In this document: piece after piece, positions 25,261 to 64,000 of the stretch
How positions within the stretch are numbered: position 1 is the stretch's first letter
Layout of the letters: each line of letters begins with the position of its first letter
Origin: the human T2T-CHM13v2.0 reference genome, Homo sapiens
Length of the DNA stretch: 64,000 nucleotides
Strand: one strand, 5' to 3'
NCBI RefSeq assembly: GCF_009914755.1
Contig: NC_060928.1
The notes under the pieces: model-generated
Database searches by the model: none
The model's input: only the letters and a program-made list of their open reading frames with translations
Told to the model about the DNA's origin: nothing
Position numbers and translations under genes: made by a program

Positions 25261-28200
25261 TTATCCCATACGTGATTTGCAAATAGCTGCTTCAGTTTTT
25301 GGCTTGTCTTTCCATTCTCTTTCTGGGGCTGCAGTGAGCTATCATACTCCTGGGCTCAAGTGATCCTCTGCCTCAGCCTCTCAAGTAGCTGGGACTGTAT
25401 GTGCATGCCACCATGCCTGACTCAAATATTTTTGATGCTGTTGTAAATGGTATTTTAAATTTCAATTTCAGATTGTTCATTGCTGGTGTACTACAAATGC
25501 AATTGACATTTGTGTATTGATTTTATGACCTGTAGTCTTGGTCATTTATTTCATCTGATAGTTTTTTGTAGATTTTGTGCCAGAGTTTTCAATAAATAAA
25601 ACAATAAAACCAGTTTTACTTCAAAAAAAAAAAAAAAAGAACTGGCCTCCCCTTCATTCAAGAGGTTCTGGGTCTGTAAACTGGCCCAAGTCTGGAAATT
25701 GCTTGAGGGGCTGTGATTCTCTGTTTTTGTAACTCAAATTAGTCTTTTGTCCATTCGACCTGAAAGTTTTCTGCTTATATAAGTTAAGTAGGAATGCAGT
25801 AGCTTTCCTATCAATTTTGCTTCTAGGAACACCATAATTAATTAGCCAATGCCAGAGCTCTACATGAGGCAGACTATTCTGATTGCTGCTTTGCCTTTGC
25901 TGTCGATTACAGTAGTTACGTACACCTTGCCTTTAATGTTTGAGTGCCACCACTTGGCCCCTGCCACCTCAGGATCCAATTATTCCCATTGTATTTAAAT
26001 TTTGTAATTGAGTGACTATCGATCCCACTGTTAGATCTAACATACAGTGAAGAGCAATCACAGGGCTCTTCAAGGATGCAAGTGCTACCCTCGCAAATCT
26101 ATTTCACAAAGCATTGGTTACAGGTATATCTTCTGCACCCTCCCAGTTGGGATGAGTAGATCTAAAGTGACTAATCCACTCCACCATCCCAATTTCTGTG
26201 AGCCTTTTGATCCCCTCCTCTACATCAAACCAAGGGAGATCAGGCATTTCCAGCTCGCTCACAGTGGGCCATCTTTTAATCCATATTTCAGCTAACCAAG
26301 CAAATAAATTATTAGAACCTTTTTTAACTCCCCAAGCTGCAACATTAACTGCAGAATCCCTACTTAGTAGGCCCAAATCAATAAATTCAGCCTGACCCAG
26401 TGCTATGTTCCTTTCACCATTATCCCACACCCTTATTATCCATTCCCATGCCTGTTCTCCAGATTTCTGCTTATATAAATTAGAAAACCCAAGCAGTTCT
26501 TTTCGAGTGTAGTGTGCCTCCCCATGGGTCACACTCAACCTTACCTCTAGGGGTCTGTGGGGACTTTAGTCTAATTATAGGTCTAGAAGCAAACGGGGGT
26601 GTTGGGGGTGGCTCCTGAGGTGAATCAACATTATCTTGCCTGGCAACTGTTCAAGGGGGGCCATCACTATTGCCTCAGGCAGTACAGGGTATATCTCTTC
26701 AGACAAAGGTGGAAAGGCTGATGGCAGCATGGGTTGGGGAGGGGTGTTGCCGCTGCTGGAGATGGGGAAGCTGTTTCTTCTGGCAAAGAAGGTTCATCAG
26801 AGTTTACAAGCTCAGTGTCCCCAGCTTCATCACAGTCATCCCACACATCCCCATTCCAAGTTTCAGGGTCTCATTCTTTTCAAATCAATGCCCTCACTTT
26901 AACAGGAGACACCTGGTGGGGCTCTCCATGCACCTGTCATTGCAGGTCAGCCACTTGCATGATAAGAGCTTGTGTCTGTTTTTCCACAATTTCAGCTCTT
27001 CTCTACAGGAGATAAGACTGTCAGGGCAATCTTAGCAGATTTGAGGCTCAGTATCTGCTTCTGATGCCTGGAGTTAGAATCCCTGAGTTCATCATTTTCT
27101 TCACTCTGTCCAGTGAACTTAGGAGCAACCAACCAACTTCATTGTGTCTCTTGGTTCTCCACATATAGTCAAAGGTATTACTTATAGAGTCACTAAACTC
27201 CTTGCCTCTCATGAGTGGTGAATCAGTAGTGTCAAATGCATTTATTTTGCATAACTGTCTAAACAGTTCATACCAAGGACTACCAGTATTCTCCATACTA
27301 TTAGAAGTAGAGTCCTTAGCATTTTTGGGTGTAATCATATTAAGCAGCCAACTCCAGAAATCCCAAAACCAATGAAAGAACTCCATCCTTAATATTCTGT
27401 TCCTCTAGAACCACTCCTGGTGCCAAAATCTGTATTAGTTAGGGTTCTCTAGAGAAACAGAACTAATACGTAGGTATTTTATGTATATATATATATACAC
27501 GCACACACACACACACACACATATATATAGGAGTTTATTAAGAAGTATTAAGTAACATGATCACAAGGTCCCACAATAGGCTGTCTGTAAGCTGAGGAGC
27601 AAGGAAGCCCGTCTGAGTCCCAAAGCTGAAGAACTTGGAGTTTGATGTTCGAGGGCAGGAAGCATCCAGCATGGGAGAAAGACGTAGGCTGGGAGGCTAA
27701 GCCAGTCTAGTCTTTTCACATTTTTCTGCCTGCTTTTAAATTCTGGCCATGCTGGCAGCTGATTAAATGGTGCCCACCCAGATTAAGCGTGGGTCTGCCT
27801 TTCCCATCCCACTGACTCAAATGTTAATCTCCTTTTGCAACACCCTCACAGACACACCCAGGATCAATACTTTGCATCCTTTGAATCCAATCAAGTTGAC
27901 ACTCAGTATTAACCATCACACTGCCTTTTTCTACTTTTGTTTGCTCGGTTGATTTCTCTCCATCTTTTTACTTTGAGCCTCTTCTGTCTTTGTATGTGAG
28001 ATGGGTCTCTTGAAGACAGCATATAGTCTAGTCCTGCTTGTTTATCCAATTTGCCAATCTGTGCCTTTTAAGTGGGGTTTTTAGCCCACTTACATTCAAG
28101 GTTAGCATAGATAGGTGGAGATTTGATCCTGTCATTGTGTTGTTAGCTGGTTATTATCCAGAATTGATTGTGCAGTTGGTTATAATGTCAACTGTCTATG

Positions 28201-28571
28201 TACTTAAGTGTGTTTTTTTGGTGGCCAGTAATGGTTTTTCATTTCCATATTTAACATTCTGTTAAGTACCTCTTGTAAGGCATGTCTGGTGGTAACAAAT
28301 TCCCTTAGCATTTGCTTGTTTAAAAATAACCTTATTTCTCCTATACTTATGAAGCTTAGTTTCGTTGGATATGAAATTCTTGGTTGTAGTTTCTTTTCTT
28401 TAAGAATGCTGAATACAGGCCCCCAATCTCTTCTGGTTTGTAGGGTTATTGCTGATAGGTTTGCTGTTAGCCCAATGGGCTTTCCTCTATATGTTATTTG
28501 CCCCTTTTTTCTAGCTGCCTTTAATATTTTTTCTTTCATGTAAACCTTAGAAAATCTGATGACTATGTGTT

Positions 28572-29250
28572 GTATTATTTAGTTCTAGTACTGCTATAAA
28601 GGAATACCTGAGACTGGGTAATTTATAAAGAAAATATGTTTAATTGGCTTATGGTTTTATAGGCTGTATAGGAAGCATAGCAGCTTCTGCTTTGGGGGAG
28701 GATTAAGAAAACTTACAATCATGGTAGAAGGCAAAGTGGGAGGGAAGCATGTCACATGGATGGGGCAAGAGGAAAGTTGCAGGGGATGTGCTACACATTT
28801 TTAAACAACCAGACCTCATGAGAAGTCATTCACTATCATGAGAACAGGACCAAGGGGGAAATCCATCCCGATGATCCAATCACCTCCGATCAGGACCCAC
28901 CTCCAACATTGGGGATTAAGATTTGACATGCAATTTGGGCAAGGACACAGATCTAAACTATATCATTCTGCCCCTGACCCCTCTCAGATATCATGTCTTT
29001 CTCACATTTTGAAATACAATCTTGCCTTCCTAACAGCCCCTCAGAATCTTAACTCATTCTAGCATTAACTCAAAAGTTAAAGGTCCAGAGTTTCATCTGA
29101 GACAAGGCTAGTCTCTTCTACCCATTAACCTGTAAAATCTAAAACAAGTTAATGATTTCCAAGATACAATGGGGATACAGGCATTGGGTAACTACTCCTA
29201 TTCCAAAAGGGATAAATTGGCCAAAAGAAAGGAGCTACAGGCCCTACATA
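28572..29250. mobile_element. MST (ERVL-MaLR) LTR plus short internal fragment
   Basis: ctgctataaaggaatacctgagactgggtaatttataaag...ctatatca followed by MaLR-internal sequence. Confidence 0.8.
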
Positions 29251-29799
29251 AGTCCTAATATAGTTCACGATAGCCTACATAATAGGCCCTACATAAGTCC
29301 TAATATAAACTTGAGTATAAGAGTGCATTTTAAAACTGGCTACCAAAGGGGGCAACTAGAGTTTAATCTCATGGAAAACTCTCTGGCCTTGTTTATTTTG
29401 TAGAGACTTCTACCAGTCACTTGTGGAGGGCTGCTTGGTGGGGTATAAATTCCCTAGGTCTTCTGGGCTGTTTTAACAGAAGTAGGCAGATCAATCTTCT
29501 ATAGTTCTGGCAAAAGCCCTCAGACATGAGAGTGCTGACACCAGCAGCTGAAAGCTAATGGGGCACAGAGAAGTGGTAAGGTCCTAGGAATATGGATGAG
29601 GTACTGATGGCAGCAGCTACAAGAACCTTTCATGTAACTTGTACTCACAGCCATTGGCTTTAGATGCAAAATTTTTCTCCTTAATTGCACCTTAATACAC
29701 AGCTTCTCAATTGTGCCTTAACGCACAGCTTGTCAATTATTTTTCCTACTTCCAGTCTCTGTCCTCTTCATACTATCCTCCACAGTGCTGCCAAAGGCA

Positions 29800-30022
29800 T
29801 TTTGTTTTTCTTTTTGTGAGACAGGGTCTCGCTTTTTTGCCCAGGATGGAGAGCAGTAGCATAATCCTGGCACACTGCAGCCTCCAACTTCTTGGCTTTA
29901 GATTCTCCTACCTCATCCTCCCGAGTAGCTGGGACTAGAGGCATGTACCGCCATGTCTGGCTAATTTTTTTTTTTTTTTTTAACTTTTTGTAGAGAATAG
30001 GTCTTGCTATGTTGCCCAGGCT
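29800..30022 (-). mobile_element. AluJ fragment within L2-like remnants (about 29730-30490)
   Basis: Alu motifs; L2-like 3' end aataaatgttgtttgagtgagtga at about 30466. Confidence 0.6.
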
Positions 30023-31471
30023 GAAAAGTCATGTTTTTCTGAAACACAGATTTGGGCATGCCAATCCTTTCCTTGAAAACCTCTGTAACTATCCCTGGTC
30101 TATAGAACTAAATCCTTCCCCCTCTTCATTGTTTGGTCCAGCCACACCTCTCTCTCACCTTTCTCACATTCACCATCACAGCCCATACTCTTTCACCAAC
30201 TTGAACTTTTCTCATGCTATTACATAGGCTCGCAATATTCTTTCTCCACTTGGCAAAACCTGATGCACCCATTGAGGCTAAACTTCAGGTTTCCTTCTCT
30301 GTGTATTTTTCTCTAATCTCTCCTAGGTAGGACTAATTTTTCCCCTCTGTTTATTGGTTGATTTTTCCTCTGATATAATAGTTACTATATTGCATTTTAA
30401 TTACTTTCATATCTGTGTCCCTAGATGTCAAGCTGTATGAGTCTTCAATACTATGTACATTACTAAATAAATGTTGTTTGAGTGAGTGATTAGTTAAGAG
30501 ACTATCAAAGCTCATCAAAAAGGCAAAAACAAAACAAAACAAGAACGAAGTTCATACTCTTGTCAGTCCTCCAGTGATTGGTCGTCTGGCTTATGAATGA
30601 TGTTAGAGAGAAATAAGTGGGAGAAATCAAATTCTTTTGAAATTATTGCGTAGGGAAATGTCAAATTTCACCACTAGAGAGAACCCTAGTGTTAACTTAC
30701 AACATTTAATAGGAAACTGAGGGTGTGTATAGGATTTAAAACATTTTCAGAAGCTTGTGCCAATATCAGTATAAAGGCTTCATTGTGAATATGTAGGAGC
30801 TGATGGTTCTCACTTGAAAATTATCAGGGAACATTAACTCTCAATGTTTGGTAGTGCATATTCCTGGTGGTGCAATAATGGGCTTTTGCATGTACCTTGT
30901 GTGTTAGTATGGGGCATTTATATTGCATGGACACATATTATTTTATTATTGTTGGGTGATAGCCTAGAATGTAATTATTCTTGTTCTCAGGTAAAAATAT
31001 GAAAAACTTAAAGCTTCTCATTATGCAGGCAAAAAATGTAAAAAACTAGTTCTCCCTGAAGGCTGGACTCCTATAGTGTGGATCTGGAGTTAGGTAAACA
31101 TTGCTGAAGTCCATAAACTGCCCCATGTAGTGACTGTCTAGGGAGGTGCAGTGACAGGGATTGGAAAGAAAGATTTTACTTTGTGCTTCAAACAAGACAC
31201 TTAATGTGGACAAAACAGTGAGACTTAGAGACAGTTCACAGAGTCTATTCACAGAGTTTACTGGGCCTGATAGGATTCAAATGTGGTCTTGAAGCTGGCA
31301 ACAACAGTGAATGGTTATACAGTGATATAGATAGTCTCCAGTACTTGGTAATATGTTTGACTGTATATTAACAGGAAGGAAAAAAAGTTCCTGCATTTGT
31401 GATAAAATTAGGTGAATTTTGCAACGAGCTACAACATAACAAGACATTCAAAGTGGCTTAAGGAACCGAGC

Positions 31472-31477
31472 TTTATT
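31472..31477 (-). terminator. Probable distal poly(A) signal AATAAA of ADH6 (3'UTR about 1.6 kb)
   Basis: TTTATT on + strand downstream of exon 9; gives a gene span of about 16.6 kb, in line with my recollection of ADH6. Confidence 0.6.
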
Positions 31478-33033
31478 GGAGCAAAGAGTGTGGACACTGT
31501 TTACAACAAAACGTTTCCGGGAAAACTTGGATTTTCCAAGACCCGAAGACTCCTCCAAGTTCTCACTGTTAGTAAGGTCAATTTGGGGGCAGAACAGGAA
31601 CATGCCTTAGCTGCTGTCAGGAAATAGAAGAGCAGAGCAGAGTTGGGCATGGAGGCTCCAGCTCAGACTTGGGAAGATGGAGAAGAGCCATCCCAAGTCC
31701 AGAGTGAATAGGTTTCATAGCACCCATCTCCTCTATTTGAAGGAAGCAGGCCCCTAAAGGGAAACACAGGATGCCCAACTCATAAGAATCAGACTGTTAT
31801 GAGAGTCCTTTGATATCATGTGAAAACCATGATGGGAGAGAGAGACTGAGGGTGCAGCCCACCTTCCTGGCCAGTGTTAAATCAGGAAACTATTTTGTTT
31901 AGATCAAAAAATGATATTCCATTTTTTGGTCTCCCAAGGTCATCCAAAGTTTACTGACATGCAGGGACCCCTGTGTGATCTAGTGGGAGTCCAGAGCTAG
32001 GGGAGTCCAGCTGGAGCAGAAGAGTCTGCAACTAGGAAGGGAACTCTTGTGTGTATGAGGGTTGGTAATAGGCTCTTTTTGTATCAAGAGGAAGGGAAGG
32101 AAGTCATATCCCAAGAGGGCACTTAACCTTAGTCCTAATTCTAGGAGAACTAAGAGGGGCTGGGGCAGAAAGTCAAAGGGTCGGGGTAGAAGGATTGGAT
32201 GCCACAAAGCATTACTGGGGCTCATTTTCCCCTAAGCCACTTCTTGGAGGAAAAACTCCATGGAACACATTAGTAAGAAAGTATACAATTATTCCTGTTT
32301 TATGTGAAGATTGGAATAAAAAACAGTTTTGTTATTTAATATTACAACCGCTTTGTAGGAAGTGTGGATCCTGGTAAATGATCCACCTCCTGTATGATGA
32401 CTCCCCTCATCCCTTTTTTTTCTGCTGGATCCCTAGGTGGCTTAGTTATGAAGATGGGTACTATGAACTGCTGATAGTCAAATCATCCTGACTAATTGAA
32501 GAATAATTTGAATTTTCTTTGGCAATCCAGGAGAGGAGAGATTTGTGCCAAGGAGATAGGATAAGTGAGCATTTGAGACTGGGTTAACTTGATTCAGGTT
32601 AACCTGAATCTTCAATAAACTCATTAATGCGGAGTTTTGTTTCTTTAGAGTAAAATGGCAGAGTTTCATGTCTAGGCCTGTGAGAGAGACATATAGTGTA
32701 CAAGAATATAAAGGTCCACAGGTAGAGGAACTATGAAAATGGGAGCATCTTGCATTGACCTTTTATGTCTGAAGGATGTGGAGTTGAGTGATTCAAGCCA
32801 ACCTTAATCTAGCTCTGAAAAGGAGGCTGATCCTTGGTGACACTGGGTTACGTAAGAACAATTTTGATGAAATGGTTAGGTCAGAAGCCAGATATAGGTC
32901 CACTGCGGAGTGAATCAGAAGTCAGAATATAGAAATGGGATTGGGTGAATAATTCTTCTAAATCATGAAAATTACATCAAATGCCATTGAGTTGGTGAAA
33001 TATCCTTTGGGTCTTGCATGTATTACATTGTAC

Positions 33034-47967
<14,934 letters not shown>

Positions 47968-48029
47968 GCTGATTTTCTCCACCGCAGATGAATTTATTGA
48001 GAAAGGGAGATCCTGTAGCAACTTTCACT

Positions 48030-48120
48030 GTAGAAAGTACAAAGGTACACAGGCGACTGGTAGATCAGAAGGCTGGGTCCTGAGCTTTCTCTGTAGTCTG
48101 GTAATTATTAAACAGGAAAA
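48030..48120 (-). promoter_or_regulatory. ADH6 proximal promoter: HNF1-like site (48100-48112) and DR1/HNF4-like site (48036-48048)
   Basis: GGTAATTATTAAA matches 11/13 of GTTAATNATTAAC; AGTACA-A-AGGTAC is DR1-like; both lie 70-150 nt upstream of the ATG. Confidence 0.5.
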
Positions 48121-48699
48121 GTAGGCTCTCCCGCTGCTTGATGGAAGTTCCTAAGTGTAATCTGAAATAGGCTCATCTCAGTGAAAGAGCACAAAAGGTG
48201 AAAATGCAAACTATTTTTTTCTCCCTTAATCAAACAGGTCCCCTCTTATTATCCATTTTTTTGAGTTTTAAATTTGGACTTTTAAATGTCCAAACTTAAA
48301 ATTTCTAACAGAGTGTACAAAAGTATTTCTTTTCTGTTGTTTTCAAAATACAAAAATGGTCATATTTGTCTCTAAACTTGAGTAATTCTTTCAGGTTTCT
48401 GAATGTAGGCCCCTTGTTGACAGATAAGGATGGTGTCAGATTTTCTCTAGTAGTTTATCAAGAGCTCCTCACTCTTTGGTATGCAGAGCTGGTTACTCAG
48501 AGGAAGTGAAACTAATTTGCATACAGGGCCTACCAACTTGGATTTGGACCCTAGAAAATCTCCGTGTGTGGACCTGGGTCTTGACCCAAGGCCCAAGGAT
48601 CTTGATGAAGAATGGAGATAAAATACATTTCCAATAAAAGGCAACACCAGTGGGCAGGGTTTAGCTAGAAGACAAGAGAGAATAAGTAAATGCTTGTTC

Positions 48700-50075
<1,376 letters not shown>

Positions 50076-50394
50076 TGTCTGGGAACTGAGAGAAAATGTA
50101 TATAACCTAGATTTCTGAGAACTTAGAGGCCTTGCTAAACTGTGATTTGGACAATGGCTAGGAGATAATGAGACATGGAGTTTGGTGGGGTTGGGGTATG
50201 GCATGGGTGGGTTCCAAAACAAAGAACTGCAAGTGTGAAGGCTCAGAGACAAGAGAGCCTGAGATCATTCTTTGAGGGGCAGACTTTGGGGGAAGCATTG
50301 AAAGGACCTCAGTGTGATTGAGGCATTGAATTCAAGGGGTGAAATGACAAAATGTGAGAATAACATGGAAGGTTGATGTAGAGAAAGGAGTCGC

Positions 50395-50805
<411 letters not shown>

Positions 50806-51892
50806 TCAAGTGATGTCAGAGCTTACATCAGCTCATATCCTATAAATGCTAAGTTCAAGAGGTTCCTCTAACAAATGGCTTCTGTTTGTGGGGTGGAATG
50901 GGTTAATACCATTCTTGCCTAAGAGTCTTTGCATAAGCTCTGGAGGCTTGGCCTGCATTTTTTTTCCTCTCAGGGAAGTTTATCCCAGATCCTCTATAGC
51001 ACATTTTATTCTGTTACCACACATCGTGCTAATGTTACAAAGGCAATATTAATGTTTTACCACTGGTGCCAACATCAAATGCTCCTAAGTCATAAAAAAA
51101 AGAATTATCAAGTCAATTCCAATAAAGTGTATTTAAACAGAAGTAGTATTTCCTGATAGCTATTTCAGCAATGTAAATTGCATGAGGTCTTTGTGAATAA
51201 GTTAATGAAAAAAGCCTTCTTCCTGGGTTAAGTTCTGGAATTAAGTTTCAAGGTAGGGATAATACTGTTTAAAATAAATTTCTAGGGCTCATTAGTAGTC
51301 ATTACCTATTAGTCATAGTTAATGTGAGTGGCAGAAATGGCAGATTTTCTGTTCTTTTTATTGCTTCTCAACTTTGCACAAGTGGCCATTCCATAAATAA
51401 AAGCATGCTTTCCGTCAAATTGTTATCAATGCCTATCTCATCTCCTCAGATAATTAGATTTACTCTTTGCATTTACCCCAAAACTTTGGTGACTTTGATC
51501 TTTAAGTATTTTTGAGAATTAATTTTAAAAATGCACGATAACTCTGTGTTTTCTAACCTTCAGCTTAGTTTTTCTCACAAACACTGTTGTATGAAACATT
51601 GTGTTAGCCTGATGCTTTGAATATGAATACCTGCAATTTTGCTAAATTCTCAGCGTGTTTGTCTTTTCTATAAAGGTGAAGCTTCTAATCCACTGTTAGC
51701 AATGTAGGGGTGTCTTTTGCTTTTCTAGGACTAGTGATGGATGGATTTCAATACTCCCTCGCTGTTGGTGACTGATGGAATGCACCCATTTGAATACCGC
51801 CTGGGTATAGGAGTCAAATATTTAGTTAAAGATTTTTAAAGATAGCTAATTAAAGGTAAATTTAAAAATTCTATAAATCTATTTGATTACAT

Positions 51893-54411
<2,519 letters not shown>

Positions 54412-54452
54412 CTATACTATTTCTATATGGCTGTAACATTTAAAATTACTAC

Positions 54453-54737
54453 CCGCCTGTAATCCCAGCACTTTGGGAGGCCAAGGCGGGCGGATCATGA
54501 GGTAAGGAGATCAAGACCATCCTGGCTAACATGGTGAAACCCCGTCTCTACTAAAAATACAAAAATTTATCCGAGCGTGGTGGCAGGTGCCTGTAGTCCC
54601 AGCTACTCAGGAGGCTGAGGCAGGAGAATGGCGAGAACCCAGCAGGCGGAGCTTGCAGTGAGCTGAGATCACGCTACTGCACTCCAGCACTACAGCCTGG
54701 GTGACAGAGCAAGGCTCCATCTCAAAAAAAAAAAAAA
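54453..54737 (+). mobile_element. AluY, slightly 5' truncated
   Basis: TSD AAAATTACTACC; AluY diagnostics. Confidence 0.9.
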
Positions 54738-54739
54738 TT

Positions 54740-55960
54740 ACTACCAACAGTGTGCAAGGATTCCTGTTTCTCTGTATCCTCACTAACACTTGTTATCTTT
54801 GGTTTTTCATAATTGTGACCTAATAGGTGTGCGTGATAGCTCATTGTGGTTTTGATTTTCATTTCCTTGATAATTAGTGATATTAAGAATTTTTTTCATA
54901 TACGTGTTGGCTGTTTGTATGTCTTCTTTGAAGGAATGTCTGTTCAGGTTCTTTGCCCATTTTTAAGTTGGTTTATTTGCTTTCTTGCTATTGAGCTGTT
55001 TGAGTTCCTTATACATTTTGGATGTTAACCCCTTAGGTGTACGGTTTGCAAATATTTTCTCCCATTCCATAGATTGTGTCTTCAGTCTGTCAATTGTTTT
55101 ATTTTCTGGGCAGGAACTTTTTAGTTTGATATAATCCCATTTGTCTATTTTGCTTTTGTTGCCTGTGTTTTGGGGTCATATCCAGGGAATCATTTCCTAG
55201 ACAAAAATTGTGGAGCTTCCCCTCTGTGTTTTTTTTCTAGTGGTTTTAGTAGTTTTACAAGTTTTAAGTCTTATGTTTATGTTTTTAATCCATTTTGAGT
55301 AGATTTTTGTGTGTGTGGTGTGGGATAAGAGTCCAATTTTATTCTTTTAAGTGTGGATATTCAATTTTCCCTACACTGTTTATTAAATAGATTATCTTTT
55401 CTGCATTGTACATTCTTGACACCCTTGTCAAAGTTCAGTTGATTATATATACAGAGTTTTATTTCTGGACTCTTTATTCTGTTCCATTGGTTTATATGTC
55501 TGTTTTTAAGCCAGTAACATTCTGTTATGATTTCTGTAGCTTTGTAATATGTTTCAAAATTAGGAAGTGTGATACCTCCAGTGTTGTCCTTTTTCAGTAT
55601 TGCTTTACTATTTGTAGTCTTTTGTGCTTCTATATGAAATTTAGAATTTCTTTCTATTTAAAAAATCCAATTGGAATTTTGATAGAGATTGTATTGAATC
55701 TCTAGATCTCTTAGGGTAGTGTGGAGACCTTACCAATATTAATTCTTCCAATTCATGAACATGGGGTATCTTTCCATTTGTTTGTATCTTGTTTGTTTTT
55801 CTTCAGTGTTTTGTAGTGAATGGTGTTCAAATCTTCACCTCCTTAGTTAAGTTTATTTCTAGGTATTTGATTCTTTTTAGTGTCATAAATGGGAATAAAT
55901 GGGATTATTTTCTAATTTCCTTTTTAGATAGTTCATTGTTAGTGTATATAAATGTGACTG
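54740..55960 (-). mobile_element. Old L1MA-like ORF2 3' fragment
   Basis: Diverged ORF2 sequence. Confidence 0.7.
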
Positions 55961-55961
55961 A

Positions 55962-61560
<5,599 letters not shown>

Positions 61561-61564
61561 TCAT

Positions 61565-63060
61565 GAAACTTTAAAATTTTCTTTTCAATTTCTTCTTTGA
61601 CTAAATGTTTGGTCAAGAGAATACTATTTAATTTTTACATATTTGTGAATTTTCCAGCTTTCTTTTATCATTAATTTTAAATTTCATTCCATTGTGGTCA
61701 GAAAAGATACTTGATATAATTTCAATCTTCTTAAATTTGTTAAATTCTGTTTCAAACCTAACATGTGATCTATCCTGGAGAACCATCAATGTTCCCTGGC
61801 AAAGAATGAGTATTCTGCTTCTCTGTTAGGTGAAGTGTTTTGTATATATCTGTTAGGATCATTTGATGTGTAGAATTGTTCAGTTCTGCTGTTTACTTAT
61901 GGACTTTATGTCTGGATGGCCTATCCATTATAGAGAGTGGGATGTTTGATTCTACTACTGTTACTGTATTGTTGTCTATTTCTAGCTTCAAATATATCAA
62001 TGTTAGTGTGCTCTGGTGTTGGGTGCATATATAGTTATAATTGTTACATATTCTACTATAGTGATCATTTTATCATTATATTATGTTCTTCTTTGACTAT
62101 TTTTTTTTTTTAGATGGAGTTTCACTCTTGTTGCCCAGGCTGGAGTGCAGTGTTGTGATGTCGGGTCACTGAAACCTCTGCCTCCTGGGTTCAAGTGATT
62201 CTCCTGCCTCAGCCTCCTGAGTAGCTGGGATTACAGGCACCTGCCACCATGCCTGGCTATTTTTTATTTTTATTTTTAGTAGAGATGGGGTTTCGCCATG
62301 CTGGCCAGGCTGGTCTCAAACTCCTGATCTCAGGTCATCCACCTGCCTCTGCCTCCCAAAGTGCTGGGATTACAGGCATGAGTCACTGTGCCCAGCCCTT
62401 CTTTGACTCTTATAACAGATTTGAATCAAAGTCTATTTTGTCTTGCGTAAGTATAGCTACTCCTGCTCTATTCTGGTTACCATTTTCATAGAATATCTTT
62501 TTCTATACCTTTATTAATAGCCTATATGTATCTTTAAATGTAAAGTAAGCTTTCTTGTAGACAGCATGCAGTTGGGTCTTTTTTTTCTTTAAGAAACTAT
62601 TGAGACACTCTTTGTCTAGAGCAAACGCAGTGAAGTAGTGATTTTAATCCACTTGCATTTAAGGTAATTATTGACAAGCAAGGATTTACTATAGCCATTT
62701 TATTAGTTGTTTGCTGTTAAACTTATCTTTCATCTGTGTTTTTATCTATTGTTGTTTTCCTTGTTTTTGGTGACATTTTATATTGATGTGCTGTGATTCC
62801 TTTCTCCTTTCTTCAGTGTAATTTATATATATATATATAGTGGTTACCTTGGGCTTACTTAAACTATCTTATTATAACAGTCTATTTTTAGTTGCTAACA
62901 ATTAGTTTCATTGCATTTAAAGACTCTATACTTTAACTACCCCCATACACTTTTTGTTATTGGTATTATAATTTACATATATTCATACATGTATCTGTAA
63001 CATACTTTTTGATTATAGTTATATTTAATATATTTGTGTTTAAACATTTTATTAGAATTA
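61565..63060 (-). mobile_element. Old L1M EN-region fragment with an AluS (about 62100-62397, minus)
   Basis: gaaaagatacttgatataatttc EN motif; Alu dimer. Confidence 0.7.
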
Positions 63061-64000
63061 AAAGAGCTTTAACCAGGGCCGGTGCGGTGGCTCATGCCGG
63101 TAATTCCAGCACTTTGGGAATCTATTTTTTCTATTTTTCCTTCCAACCTCAGATGAACTACTTCTCCACTCCTAATCTTGGTCTCCACATCTGTTAAATG
63201 AGGAGAATGATCTATACCAGTTTTATGGGCCTGCTCAGCACTAATGCATTCCACTCCAGAATAAAATTTTGGAAAATGTGTTTATCTGTCTTTCCAACCA
63301 CAACAAATTACTTCCATGTACTCTCTGCCGATTGACTTCTTAAAGCAAACTCCAGTATCAGATCCCTTCTGAATGGCTTCAGTGAGTTATTTGGGTCATT
63401 CCAGCTTTGGGAAGAATTCCAATAAATCATCAGCAAAATTCCACATGCCATGGGGGTAAAAAGCAACTTCTTTCCCTCCTTCCTGGCCTGGGTTTTTGGA
63501 AGTGACTCTCTCCACTCTGTCCGTGTGCATTCAGTAGGAATGCATTTGGATGGAAAGTATCCTGGGCTAGACCCTCATTCATTACCACACCCTCCCTTGG
63601 ACTCTTGCACCAGTGCCCTTGCTGGTCTCCCCAACCCCAGGTTACTAGGAGTAGTTCACCAACTTTAGTATGTACAAGAATGACTCAGGGAGCAGACTTA
63701 AAGTGCATATTTTCAGGTTTCACCTTGGGCATTTCTGTTTCAGTAGGAAGACAGTAGCCCCAGGACCATACTTTGAGAAACACTGAACTACAGCACAGGG
63801 TGCTTGTAGGGAATGCACATTAAGGCCAGGGAGGACAGGGCCAAATCACTGGGGGCCTTCAATACCAGGATTAGTAATCAGGGTCTTGGACTTTCTGTGC
63901 TAAGTGATTAATGGAAAGGCAAGTTAGGCTCTATGGACTAGGGTAGAAGCAACATGAGAATTTTGGTCTGGTGGGAGCATTTACCTGGTGAGAAATTTTA

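Noticed and set aside
27484-27530. (TA)n(CA)n tract as a novel element
   Set aside because: Usual microsatellite within MLT2 LTRs

Overview
Primate (almost certainly human, chr4q23 ADH cluster) genomic DNA. The only host protein-coding gene is ADH6 (class V alcohol dehydrogenase), complete on the minus strand: 9 coding exons resolved at GT-AG junctions (33034..47967, 1128 nt = 375 aa + stop). An alternative 368-aa form arises by exon-8 read-through to an intronic poly(A) signal. The rest is dominated by nested transposons: many L1s (all on the minus strand), a heavily deleted HERV-K(HML-3)/MER9 provirus, a truncated HERV-L, solo LTRs (MLT2, MST, MLT1, probable MER11D) and Alus. The most unusual object is a ~2.4 kb L1-mobilised retrocopy of a repeat-rich non-coding or 3'UTR RNA (23224..25638). 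It has AATAAA, a poly(A) tail and a TSD, sits inside the HERV-L, and contains an inverted Alu pair with a strand-specific A>G excess that may be fossilised A-to-I RNA editing. Repeat subfamily calls and some repeat boundaries are by eye and approximate.
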